From positions 1 to 42,595 of the forward strand of contig JANQHM010000064.1 of NCBI GenBank assembly GCA_028282645.1: a stretch of 42,595 nt of DNA. Direction: 5' to 3'. Made by a program: the position numbers and the translations under genes. Every line of letters begins with the position of its first letter. The first letter of the stretch is position 1. The notes under the pieces were generated by a model. That model searched no databases and was not told the origin of the DNA. It saw only the letters and a list, made by a program, of their open reading frames with translations. This stretch comes from Candidatus Gastranaerophilales bacterium. Its GTDB lineage: Bacteria > Cyanobacteriota > Vampirovibrionia > Gastranaerophilales > JANQFW01. Shown piece by piece: positions 1-11,004 of the stretch.

Positions 1-111
1 AAAACGACGCAGTATGACAATTTCGTTGCGCAGTCTGTAATACAGGAATGCTGCGTATTTGTCATTATCCTTTTGGGAATTATCTTCGGTTTTTGCTGCC
101 TGGTTTTCCAA
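1..111 (-). CDS. 5' end of a hypothetical protein running off the window (MENQAAKTEDNSQKDNDKYAAFLYYRLRNEIVILRRF...)
   Basis: Minus-strand TTG at 111 preceded by AAGGTG; frame open to base 1; not in ORF track. Confidence 0.45.
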   Translation of the reverse strand, partial: MENQAAKTEDNSQKDNDKYAAFLYYRLRNEIVILRRF

Positions 112-284
112 TTCAAAACACCTTAAATTTTTGTGACAAAGTTTAATTCAACATAATTATTATCTATTTAATACATATTATAGCAGTTCAAAAATTTTAT
201 TTCACGATTCATTTCGGATTTTAAGAAAAAAGGGCTACTTTGTTAAATTATTGTTACATTTATTTTTTTTTATTAATTGATTTT

Positions 285-414
285 TATTCCGATACAAAAT
301 TAAATTCCAAATTACTCTTTAGTTTGAATGAGCTTATAAAAAGTAATCTGAATAGTTTATTTTATTAATTTTTACCTGATTAAAGAATCTGAAAAGTATT
401 TTTGAAGGAGTATA
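285..414 (+). mobile_element. MITE family copy, internally deleted, TATTCCG-type left end
   Basis: AAATTAAATTCCAAATTACTC left arm and ACCTGATTAAAGAATCTGAAAAGTATTTTTGAAGGAGTATA right arm match 10801-10968. Confidence 0.8.
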
Positions 415-471
415 TGAGGTTAAATAAAATTGAAAGAGAAATAAAGCCGACAAAACAAGGCCAAAAAGAAT

Positions 472-499
472 TTGCCCCTGATTTAATTTATGTTATAAT
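472..499 (+). promoter_or_regulatory. sigma70-type promoter with extended -10
   Basis: TTGCCC-N16-TATAAT, with TG at 491-492 (TGnTATAAT). Confidence 0.6.
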
Positions 500-505
500 T
501 AAACT

Positions 506-624
506 TAGTATACTAGGATCTTTTAATCATCTCCCGAAAGAAATGTTGAAAAGAGGGGTGGTTAACGCCCCGAAGAATTTGGCGGAGCCACTTTTAAGAA
601 AAAGTATGACTTACAGTACTTTTT
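506..624 (+). ncRNA. candidate structured RNA (sRNA or leader) with three hairpins
   Basis: Stems 519-554, 555-594 and 599-624; the first two loops share CCCGAA(A)GAA; G-U pairs favour the + strand. Confidence 0.4.
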
Positions 625-670
625 GCAAGAAAAATTATGACAATCACCAAGTGATATTTAAGGAGATATA

Positions 671-1105
671 TTGAAAAAGCAAAAAATCACAGCGAGCTTG
701 GAAGACTATTTAGAAACAATATTTCATCTTGTTGAAAAACATAATGCAGCAAGGCCCATTGATATAGCAAAAGAAATGAATGTCGGCAAATCGTCCGTAA
801 CAGAAGCTTTAAAGTCTCTTGCTGAAAAAAAGCTTATTAATTATGAGCCATACAGTAAAGTGACTTTAACTTATCAAGGGCAAAAGCTTGCGCAAGAGAT
901 AGTTTTAAAGCACAAAATTCTCTATGGTTTTTTGCACGAAATCCTTGGAGTGGATAAACAGGAGGCAAAAAAAAATGCCTGCGACATTGAACATGTTATA
1001 TCTGAGCAGGTGCTGGAAAAATTAGTTGAATTTATTGAATTTAGCAAGGAGATGTACGGCAAAAATCAAAATATAGCTGAAGAATTTAAAAAATTTAGAA
1101 AGTAA
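671..1105 (+). CDS. DtxR/MntR-family metal-dependent transcriptional regulator
   Basis: SLEDYLETI, HTH (DIAKEMNVGKSSVTEAL), ACDIEHVIS metal site; AAGGAG before TTG. Confidence 0.92.
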   Translation: MKKQKITASLEDYLETIFHLVEKHNAARPIDIAKEMNVGKSSVTEALKSLAEKKLINYEPYSKVTLTYQGQKLAQEIVLKHKILYGFLHEILGVDKQEAKKNACDIEHVISEQVLEKLVEFIEFSKEMYGKNQNIAEEFKKFRK

Positions 1106-1113
1106 TAAGAAAT

Positions 1114-1147
1114 AGAGTAATCTGAAATTTAATCTTGTTCCGGAATA
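1114..1147 (-). mobile_element. solo MITE left TIR
   Basis: Reverse complement reads TATTCCGGAACAAGATTAAATTTCAGATTACTCT. Confidence 0.7.
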
Positions 1148-1247
1148 AATAGTAAAAAAATCGATTTTTAAAATTCATTTTATTTATGTATTAATTAATT
1201 TTGTGTATCATTGTAAAGTTAATTAATAGAGTGGATTAAATTGAATT

Positions 1248-3038
1248 ATGTTAAAAAAATTAATTTTTCAAAAAATAATAAACGCTATTGAAAAAGCAGT
1301 AAGCAGTGGCAATCTTGGTCAAATGAGCGACACGAGTACTGTTAATATAGTTGTGGAAAAAACAAAAAATCCTGAATTTGGAGACTATGCAGTAAACGTA
1401 TCACCCCTTGCAAGATACGCTAAATTATCGCCTGACAGAATAGCCGGGGCAATTATTGCAAGCATTGAACTTGAAGATGCAAAAATTGACAATTCAGGCG
1501 GATTTATTAACTTTAAGCTGGGGAAAAGCTGGTTAAATAAAAGTATTAAACTAATAAACGATAAAAAAGAAGATTTTGGTAAATTTGAACCGGAAACACC
1601 GGAAAAAATTTTACTGGAATATGTTAGTGCTAATCCTACAGGGCCTCTACATATAGGGCACGGAAGGTGGGCTGTTGTGGGCAGTTGTCTGGCTAATCTA
1701 TTAAAGTTTGCAGGGAATAAAGTCTCTGAAGAATTTTATATAAATGATGCGGGCAATCAGATTAATAACCTCTCACGTTCTTTATGGCTGCGAGTTCTTC
1801 AGGAGATGGGCAAAGATGTCAAGTTTCCGCAGACTGAAGAGGAAGGCGTAAAAAATTATTATCCGGGCGAATATTTAATTGATATGGCTAGACAATATCT
1901 TGCAAATAACAAAGTAACAGCAGAAAAACTGTTTGAAAAATATCCTGATGCTTTTGCACCGGGTGAAGAAATAATGAAAGAAATGGCTGATTTTGCAAAA
2001 GCAATTATTTTAGAGCAACAAAAACAGTTGCTTAATAGATTTAGAGTACATTTTAATACCTGGTACAGCGAGCTTTCCTTACATGATAAGGGAGAAGTTG
2101 AAAAAGCCGTTGAAACCCTTAAAATCAAAGATCAAATCTATGAACAAGAAAGAGCGCTATGGTTTAAATCGTCCGAATACGGTGATGATCAAGATAGAGT
2201 TATTATTAAATCAGATGGTTCTTATACCTATTTAACAGCTGATATTGCCTATCATTATGATAAGTTAAAAAGAAGGTTTGACAGGTTAATAAATATATGG
2301 GGTGCTGATCATCACGGTTACGTTGCCAGAATGAAAGCTGCCATTGCCGCTCTTGGATATGACAGCAACAAGCTTGAAGTTCTTTTAGGCCAGCTTGTAA
2401 ACCTAATAATTGGCGGTGAGCAAGTTAGGATGGGCAAAAGAAGAAAAATGCTCACGCTTGAAGAGCTTGTTGATGAAGTTGGCATTGATGCTACCAGATT
2501 CTGGATGATAATGAGAAGTATTGACACAACTTTGGATTTTGACGTGGATCTTGCTAAATCCTGCTCTGATGAAAATCCGGTTTATTATGTTCAATACGCA
2601 CATGCCAGAGCTTGCAGCATTTTAAGAAACTCTACCCGGGATAGGATTGACCAGGAATCAGGTTCGACATTACCGCCGTTTTTGGTGCAAGGTGAATTTG
2701 ATTCATTATATAAAACCGAAAATTTTGATATAAGTATATTAGATAGTTTATGGAATACTGATGACAAAAAAGAACTTGAGTCTACAAGGGCTCTGGTCCT
2801 TAAGCTAGAATCTTTTGAGGAGTTGATTATATCCAGCGTAAAAAACAGAGCGCCTTATATGATAGCAAGGTATTTGCAGGAACTGGCAAGTACTTTCCAT
2901 CAATTTTATACATTTACAAGAGTTCTTAATGTCGAAGAATCTATAATGAAAGCACGATTAGGACTTGTTTATTCGACAAGGCAAGTACTTTTTAACGGTC
3001 TGAACCTTTTATCGGTTTCTGCACCCAAGTCAATGTAA
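1248..3038 (+). CDS. argS: arginine--tRNA ligase
   Basis: EYVSANPTGPLHIGHGR, WGADHHGY, NPVYYVQYAHAR, C-terminal APKSM. Confidence 0.98.
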   Translation: MLKKLIFQKIINAIEKAVSSGNLGQMSDTSTVNIVVEKTKNPEFGDYAVNVSPLARYAKLSPDRIAGAIIASIELEDAKIDNSGGFINFKLGKSWLNKSIKLINDKKEDFGKFEPETPEKILLEYVSANPTGPLHIGHGRWAVVGSCLANLLKFAGNKVSEEFYINDAGNQINNLSRSLWLRVLQEMGKDVKFPQTEEEGVKNYYPGEYLIDMARQYLANNKVTAEKLFEKYPDAFAPGEEIMKEMADFAKAIILEQQKQLLNRFRVHFNTWYSELSLHDKGEVEKAVETLKIKDQIYEQERALWFKSSEYGDDQDRVIIKSDGSYTYLTADIAYHYDKLKRRFDRLINIWGADHHGYVARMKAAIAALGYDSNKLEVLLGQLVNLIIGGEQVRMGKRRKMLTLEELVDEVGIDATRFWMIMRSIDTTLDFDVDLAKSCSDENPVYYVQYAHARACSILRNSTRDRIDQESGSTLPPFLVQGEFDSLYKTENFDISILDSLWNTDDKKELESTRALVLKLESFEELIISSVKNRAPYMIARYLQELASTFHQFYTFTRVLNVEESIMKARLGLVYSTRQVLFNGLNLLSVSAPKSM

Positions 3039-3056
3039 ATTATAGGAGTTTTATCT

Positions 3057-3230
3057 ATGTCTGAAATACCGGTTTGTCCAATTATGAGCGCAGGAAATGA
3101 TATCGCGCAAATATGCGAGCAGGAAAATTGCGCATGGTATTTAAAAAATTATAAAACTTGCAGTGTGTACGTTTTAGCTCATAATGCCGCATTGGATATT
3201 AAGAAGAAACAAAGCGGGCAACAGCAATAA
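3057..3230 (+). CDS. 57-aa Cys4 small protein (MSEIPVCPIMSAGNDIAQICEQENCAWYLKNYKTCSVYVLAHNAALDIKKKQSGQQQ)
   Basis: AGGAG RBS 8 nt before ATG; fills the argS-M23 gap; hand translated. Confidence 0.8.
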   Translation: MSEIPVCPIMSAGNDIAQICEQENCAWYLKNYKTCSVYVLAHNAALDIKKKQSGQQQ

Positions 3231-3233
3231 TAA

Positions 3234-4250
3234 ATGAATAACAAATCTTATATTTCGTTTTTTCTTGTTTTAATAGTTTTTTTCTGTGCCGGCCAAACTG
3301 ATAAAATAGTAAGGACTCCTGATATACTGCTGGATTTTCCGCTTAAATGCACTATAGATAAAGACTGTTGGATATTGGTATATCCCGACATGGATGGCAG
3401 TGAAAAGTGGAAAGACTATAAAGGGGGCACCAGAACTTATAATACCCACGGCGGTACTGATTTTGTGATTAAAAATCAGAAAAAAATGTACTCTCGTGTG
3501 CCGGTAGTGGCCGCAGCCAATGGAAAAGTAATTGGCACAAGAAATGGTGTTAGAGATATAAATGTAAAAAAAATCGGTAAAAGTGCTGTTGATAAAATAG
3601 AATGCGGTAACAGAGTTGCTATTTATCACGGACGCGGTTTACTAACCGATTATTGCCACATGTTAAACGGCAGTATTGCAGTAAAAAAAGGTGACTATGT
3701 TAAAGCCGGTGAAGTATTGGGTTATGTAGGCATGTCCGGGCTTACGGAGACTCCTCATCTACACTTTGGTGTGCAATATAAAAATAAAAAAATAGATCCT
3801 TTTACGGGTAAGTTTATTAAAAATTGGCCAATTCAGGCATTAAACAGATCTTTATGGAAACCTGGAGTTAAAAACAAGTTAAAGTACCATCCGGCCTTTA
3901 TTTATAATATTGGGGTGACTTCTCAAAGTCCTGACAGAACTGAAATTCAGGAAGGAAATTTTGAACAGCAGAATATTAAAAATAACTCTGAGTTTATATA
4001 TATTTGGGCTGATACCTTATCAATTAAAAGGGGCGATGTTTTAAGCTTTATTTTAAAAGACCCCCTTGGCAGAGTCATAATAAATAAAAAATCTGTTATA
4101 GACAGGCCTAATGTCCGACGATTCTTTTATTTAACTCATAAAAGCAGAAGAAAACCAGTGCCCGGCAAGTATAATGTTAAAGTTAAGATATACAGGCCTA
4201 TAAAACATTTCAGTTATGAGAAATTTATTGATTTTTATGTTGTCGAATAA
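3234..4250 (+). CDS. M23 family metallopeptidase, exported
   Basis: HGGTD (HxxxD), YCHM, GxSG, PHLHF; hydrophobic N-terminus. Confidence 0.9.
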   Translation: MNNKSYISFFLVLIVFFCAGQTDKIVRTPDILLDFPLKCTIDKDCWILVYPDMDGSEKWKDYKGGTRTYNTHGGTDFVIKNQKKMYSRVPVVAAANGKVIGTRNGVRDINVKKIGKSAVDKIECGNRVAIYHGRGLLTDYCHMLNGSIAVKKGDYVKAGEVLGYVGMSGLTETPHLHFGVQYKNKKIDPFTGKFIKNWPIQALNRSLWKPGVKNKLKYHPAFIYNIGVTSQSPDRTEIQEGNFEQQNIKNNSEFIYIWADTLSIKRGDVLSFILKDPLGRVIINKKSVIDRPNVRRFFYLTHKSRRKPVPGKYNVKVKIYRPIKHFSYEKFIDFYVVE

Positions 4251-4315
4251 GAAAAAGAGCTTACTAAACGGGGCAGCCTTATTTTTTATAATATTTTTCG
4301 CTTTAAAGGAATAAA

Positions 4316-4339
4316 AGGTGAAAACTTTTTACCACCTAC
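4316..4339 (-). terminator. palindrome AGGTG-N12-CACCT between convergent genes, possible nrdJ terminator
   Basis: Minus strand GTAGGTGGTAAAAAGTTTTCACCT followed by TTTATT; near-identical to 20446-20469. Confidence 0.45.
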
Positions 4340-4347
4340 TTTAAATA

Positions 4348-6813
4348 TTAATTACATCTTGAGTATCCGCAACTTTTGCATAATATGCAGCCCTCAGAAA
4401 ATTCTATCATTTCTCCGCATTCCGGACATTCCGGACATAGGCCTAGATCTGCAATTGATGTGGTTATTTCTTTGTCAGAATATTCTCCACAGCATTCTAC
4501 ATATTCAAAGCTTTCTCCATAAATCATTTTCTGCGCTTTTTCTGCGTTTCTTTCTAATACCTTACTTATAGCATCAGAACAGGAAAGCGTTATATCACCT
4601 TTAATTATTGACGGTGCCGGGCAACGAATACCTTTTAATTGGTTAATGATTGAATGTATATTTACTCCTGCCCTTAATGCAAGTGATATCATTCTTCCGG
4701 TGGCCTCCGCCTGACTGGTCGCACAGCCACCTGACTTGCCCATCCTTGCAAATACTTCGCATAAGCCTTCTTCATCAGAATTTATCGTTATGTATAATGG
4801 CCCGCATCCGGTTTGTATTTTATCTGTTATACCGAAAGTTACATTTGGTCTTTCTCTTGGTGTAACAATTTTTGAATTTTTTTCTAAACAGCATACAACT
4901 GTTTTATTTTTATCATTATTTTCAGCTTTATTCTCTGCATTATTATCCGATTTTGACTCTTTAGATTTATTTTCTTCCTCTTTTTTTGAATCTTTTGAAG
5001 TATCAAGATTCATTGGTTGAATTCTGCTATTGTTTCTGTATACTGTTATGCCTTTTAAGTTTTTTTCGTAGGCCAAATAATAAGTTTCTTTTATGGCCTC
5101 TCTTGTCGCGTCCTCTTCAAAGTTGACTGTCTTTGATACTGCATTATCTGTATGAAGTTGAAACGCTGCTTGCATTTTTACATGCCATTCCGGTGAAATA
5201 TCATGAGCGGTTACAAAAACTTTTTTAATATCATCCGGCAAGTTTTTAATATTTTGAACAGTACCTTCTCTTGCAATGATTTTCATTAATTCTTCAGAGT
5301 ATAAATCTTCTTCTTTTACTTTATTTTCAAAGATAGGATTAACTTCCATTAACTCGGTATTGTCCATTATTTTTCTTATAAAGACAAGTGAAAACAACGG
5401 CTCAATGCCGCCTGAAGCCCCTGCTATCATACTTATTGTACCTGTTGGAGCTATACAGGTTGTTGTAGCATTTCTAATTCCGTTTGTTTGAATTTTTATA
5501 TCAAGATTATGCCAGTCTTCGTCTGTTATAGTTCCCGCTGATCTACCTTTATATTTATTAAATAAAAACATATTGTTATCATAAACACTACCGTTAAAAT
5601 TCTCGAATTTACCTCTAACTTGAGCTAATTCAACGGATTTCACTTTTGAATGATAATCAATAAATTCCATAATCTGAGAAGCAAGTGTTAACCCTTCCTC
5701 AGAGTTATAAGGAATGTTTAAAGTCATTAGCATATCAGCCCAGCCCATTATACCCAGACCAATTTTTCTATTCTTTCGAGCCATTTCCTCTATCTTAGGA
5801 AGCGGAAATTTATTTAATGCAATAACATTATCAAGGAAATGAATTGATAATTTGGTAACATATTCAAGCTTATCCCAGTCAACCTCAGGCTTGTCTTCGT
5901 CGTATTTAATCATTTGAGCCAAGTTCACAGAACCCAGATTGCAGGCTTCGTATGGTAGTAATGGTACTTCACCGCAAGGATTTGTTGATTCTATTTCCCC
6001 AATTTTAGGAGTTGGATTGTATTTATTAATTTCATCAATAAATACTATTCCGGGTTCACCGTTTCTCCAGGCATGGTCAACTATAAGGTCAAATATTTCT
6101 TTTGCATTAACTGTTTTAGCAGTTTCTTTAGTACGAGGGTGGACTAAGTTAAATTCACTATCGCTTTTTACAGCTTCCATAAATTCATCGGTAATACCAA
6201 CTGAAATATTAAAATTAGTTAGCTTATCAGTATCAAATTTAGCATTTATAAAATCTATGATGTCAGGGTGATCTACGCGAAGAATCGCCATATTGGCACC
6301 TCTTCTTGTACCGCCTTGCTTAACAGCTTCTGTAGCTGCATTAAATACTTCAATGAATGATACAGGGCCGGAAGAAACGCCCATTGTTGATCTTACAATA
6401 TCGTTTTTGGGTCTTAATCTTGAAAATGAAAATCCTGTACCGCCACCGCTTTTGTGTATTAGAGCAGTATTTTTTATTGTTTCAAAGATATCTTCTAAAG
6501 AGTCATCTACCGGCAATACAAAACAGGCTGACAATTGCCCGAGCTCCCTGCCTGCATTCATCAATGTAGGGCTATTGGGCATAAATGATTTATCTGCAAA
6601 TAGTTTATAAAACTCTTGCGATAGCCATTTTATGTGCTGATTATCCTTACGCTCATTATGATCCGCTTGTGCAATTGTACTGGCCACCCTCCAGAACATT
6701 TCTTCCGGTGTTTCCGATACATTACCATTCTGGTCTTTTTTTAGATATCTTCTTTCTAGGACAACTTTTGCATTATTAGTTAAATTTAATTTATCTGATA
6801 AAAATGAGGTCAC
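4348..6813 (-). CDS. nrdJ: class II adenosylcobalamin-dependent ribonucleotide reductase with fused C-terminal TSCPD/zinc-ribbon domain
   Basis: PNSPTLMNAG, QLSACFV, TNPCGEVPL (catalytic NxCxE), IAPTGTIS, KGITVYR; GGAGG before GTG; no N-terminal ATP cone. Confidence 0.95.
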   Translation of the reverse strand: MTSFLSDKLNLTNNAKVVLERRYLKKDQNGNVSETPEEMFWRVASTIAQADHNERKDNQHIKWLSQEFYKLFADKSFMPNSPTLMNAGRELGQLSACFVLPVDDSLEDIFETIKNTALIHKSGGGTGFSFSRLRPKNDIVRSTMGVSSGPVSFIEVFNAATEAVKQGGTRRGANMAILRVDHPDIIDFINAKFDTDKLTNFNISVGITDEFMEAVKSDSEFNLVHPRTKETAKTVNAKEIFDLIVDHAWRNGEPGIVFIDEINKYNPTPKIGEIESTNPCGEVPLLPYEACNLGSVNLAQMIKYDEDKPEVDWDKLEYVTKLSIHFLDNVIALNKFPLPKIEEMARKNRKIGLGIMGWADMLMTLNIPYNSEEGLTLASQIMEFIDYHSKVKSVELAQVRGKFENFNGSVYDNNMFLFNKYKGRSAGTITDEDWHNLDIKIQTNGIRNATTTCIAPTGTISMIAGASGGIEPLFSLVFIRKIMDNTELMEVNPIFENKVKEEDLYSEELMKIIAREGTVQNIKNLPDDIKKVFVTAHDISPEWHVKMQAAFQLHTDNAVSKTVNFEEDATREAIKETYYLAYEKNLKGITVYRNNSRIQPMNLDTSKDSKKEEENKSKESKSDNNAENKAENNDKNKTVVCCLEKNSKIVTPRERPNVTFGITDKIQTGCGPLYITINSDEEGLCEVFARMGKSGGCATSQAEATGRMISLALRAGVNIHSIINQLKGIRCPAPSIIKGDITLSCSDAISKVLERNAEKAQKMIYGESFEYVECCGEYSDKEITTSIADLGLCPECPECGEMIEFSEGCILCKSCGYSRCN

Positions 6814-7328
6814 GTTTAGTCCTCCCTTTTTGACTCCCCATCTGTATAGTTTTTATATTATACAACAAATAATATAATAATTTAAATATTTATTATTTTT
6901 TAACAATAATTTATTAAAAAAATTCTTTAAAAATTTAATAATAATATAGTATCTTTATACTATTTTTCAATAAAATTTTGGATATCCTCCTTTTAATGTA
7001 TAGACTGTTTTATTGATTATAACAGGATTAGATAGCCTGGGTAGCATTTTAGACTTAATATAGCTTTGATTACAGTTTTTATAATACAACACAAATAAAA
7101 ATTTTTTATAAAGTTTAGTAAATAAATTTTTGTTTTTTTTATTAAATATTGAACATAATTTTAATTAAAAGAACTTTATCTAAAGAAAAACAGCTTAGTA
7201 TTTTTTAATAAATTGTAAGATATTTTAATAATTGGGGATATTTATTTTAATCTGTAAAAACCATGTCGGGATTGAGTTTTACATGATTTGACCTGCTTTA
7301 ACATTTATAACATTTAAGAATATTTTAC

Positions 7329-7492
7329 AAAAACTTTAGCTGGTAATAATCCATGACAAGAACAGGATATTGACGATTAAAAACTTTGAACATGAGATTA
7401 TTTCTAAAAAACTAAATTATGAGCATGCTTTATCGTTGTTGTCCTGCATGAAAGTCATGATTCAAATTGAACTTGCGCCAAACAAGGTTTTT
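7329..7492 (+). ncRNA. candidate long irregular hairpin RNA (6S-like or structured 5' UTR)
   Basis: Nested helices 7329-37/7484-92, 7352-57/7454-59 and 7363-77/7432-46 with several G-U pairs. Confidence 0.4.
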
Positions 7493-7540
7493 AGTATCAT
7501 TAAGTTATCGGATTTCTTTTGGTTGGGGAAAACGGAGCAA

Positions 7541-8143
7541 ATGAGGAATATAGTTAATCATACGAAAAAAAGTTATAGAGAAAGCAGGAAAGTCTATAAC
7601 CTGAGAGTGGAAAAGATAGTAAGAGAGGCCAGTGATAATTTTATTTATCACAGAGACTACGACACTGTACTTGAACAGGTCAACGAAGCGTTAACCACTG
7701 AGCCTGACAATGTTAAAGCGTTAGTCTTAAAAGGAGATGTTTTATTTAGTATAGAACAAAAAGATGAATCTCTCGGTTATTTTAATAAAGCATTGGAAAT
7801 TGATCCTTATTCAGTTGAAGCTTATGGAGCCAAGGCAAGTGCGCTAGATATTCTAGGTATGCAAAAAGAAGCCTTGGAATGTTGCGAGAGAGCTTTCTCT
7901 AACATAAGCGACAATCAGAAGTATTTATTGCCTTCACTTTATGATCAAAAAATAGCAATTTTGATAAAATTAAAAAGGTTTGAAGAAGCAAAAAAATTTT
8001 TGAATGCAAGTTTAATAAACTTGTCAGAGGAGGATGGGACGTATCTTTTCACACGCTATCAAGGGGCAATTGAATCAATTTGTATGCAAAGGAAAAAGAA
8101 ACGTGAAAAGCTTGCAAAAATAGCTTTAAGGCTTATAAATTAA
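7541..8143 (+). CDS. tetratricopeptide repeat protein (start revised from 7370)
   Basis: TPR pattern (ALVLKG, ALEIDP, AYGAKA); GGAG just before ATG 7541. Confidence 0.8.
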   Translation: MRNIVNHTKKSYRESRKVYNLRVEKIVREASDNFIYHRDYDTVLEQVNEALTTEPDNVKALVLKGDVLFSIEQKDESLGYFNKALEIDPYSVEAYGAKASALDILGMQKEALECCERAFSNISDNQKYLLPSLYDQKIAILIKLKRFEEAKKFLNASLINLSEEDGTYLFTRYQGAIESICMQRKKKREKLAKIALRLIN

Positions 8144-8174
8144 TTGTTGTTTCATTTATGTGCCCTGTAGAGAT

Positions 8175-8198
8175 AAGTGCTGAAGACAGCACTTTTTT
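8175..8198 (+). terminator. intrinsic terminator
   Basis: AAGTGCTG-AAGA-CAGCACTT then TTTT, between convergent genes. Confidence 0.8.
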
Positions 8199-8238
8199 AT
8201 TTTATTATAAATTTTTTAATAATAATCTGGAATAATAA

Positions 8239-10678
<2,440 letters not shown>

Positions 10679-10707
10679 TTAAACATTCTCTTATTTCAAA
10701 TATATTA

Positions 10708-10745
10708 ATTACTGCTTAAAAAATAAATTTAAGATTACTCTTGAA
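10708..10745 (+). mobile_element. solo degenerate MITE left TIR
   Basis: TACTGCTTAAAAAATAAATTTAAGATTACTCTTGAA matches the left end of 15954-16120. Confidence 0.6.
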
Positions 10746-10800
10746 TTATAAAAAAATTGTTTTTTCTTTTGAATTATTATTATGATAAAATTATAGGTAT

Positions 10801-10968
10801 TATACAGGTTCCAAATTAAATTTCAGATTACTCTTTGGAGTGAGCTTAATAAAAGTTAAAATTGACCATTTCACCTTTTAACGCTCCCGCTTCGCAATTC
10901 AGAGTTTAGTTTGTTTTATCAGCTTTTACCTGATTAAAAAATCTGAAAAGTATTTTAGAAGTAGTATA
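10801..10968 (+). mobile_element. full-length MITE, 168 bp
   Basis: Begins TATACAGGTTCCAAATTAAATTTCAGATTA, ends ATCTGAAAAGTATTTTAGAAGTAGTATA; colinear with 15954-16120. Confidence 0.85.
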
Positions 10969-11004
10969 TATACGATACAGACAAGGGGAGAAAAGGAAAA
11001 ACAA

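Noticed and set aside
425-453. sigma28 promoter TAAA...GCCGACAA
   Set aside because: Spacing is 17 rather than about 15, and a better sigma70 promoter follows
402-674. 90-aa ORF in the track
   Set aside because: Starts inside a MITE and spans a promoter and RNA hairpins; no protein motif
4348-6813. Intein or intron in nrdJ
   Set aside because: Frame continuous and NPCGE intact; the extra length is the linker plus the TSCPD domain
6814-7000. Cobalamin riboswitch or NrdR box upstream of nrdJ
   Set aside because: No B12 box; only a weak half match (TACAACAAATA) in very AT-rich DNA
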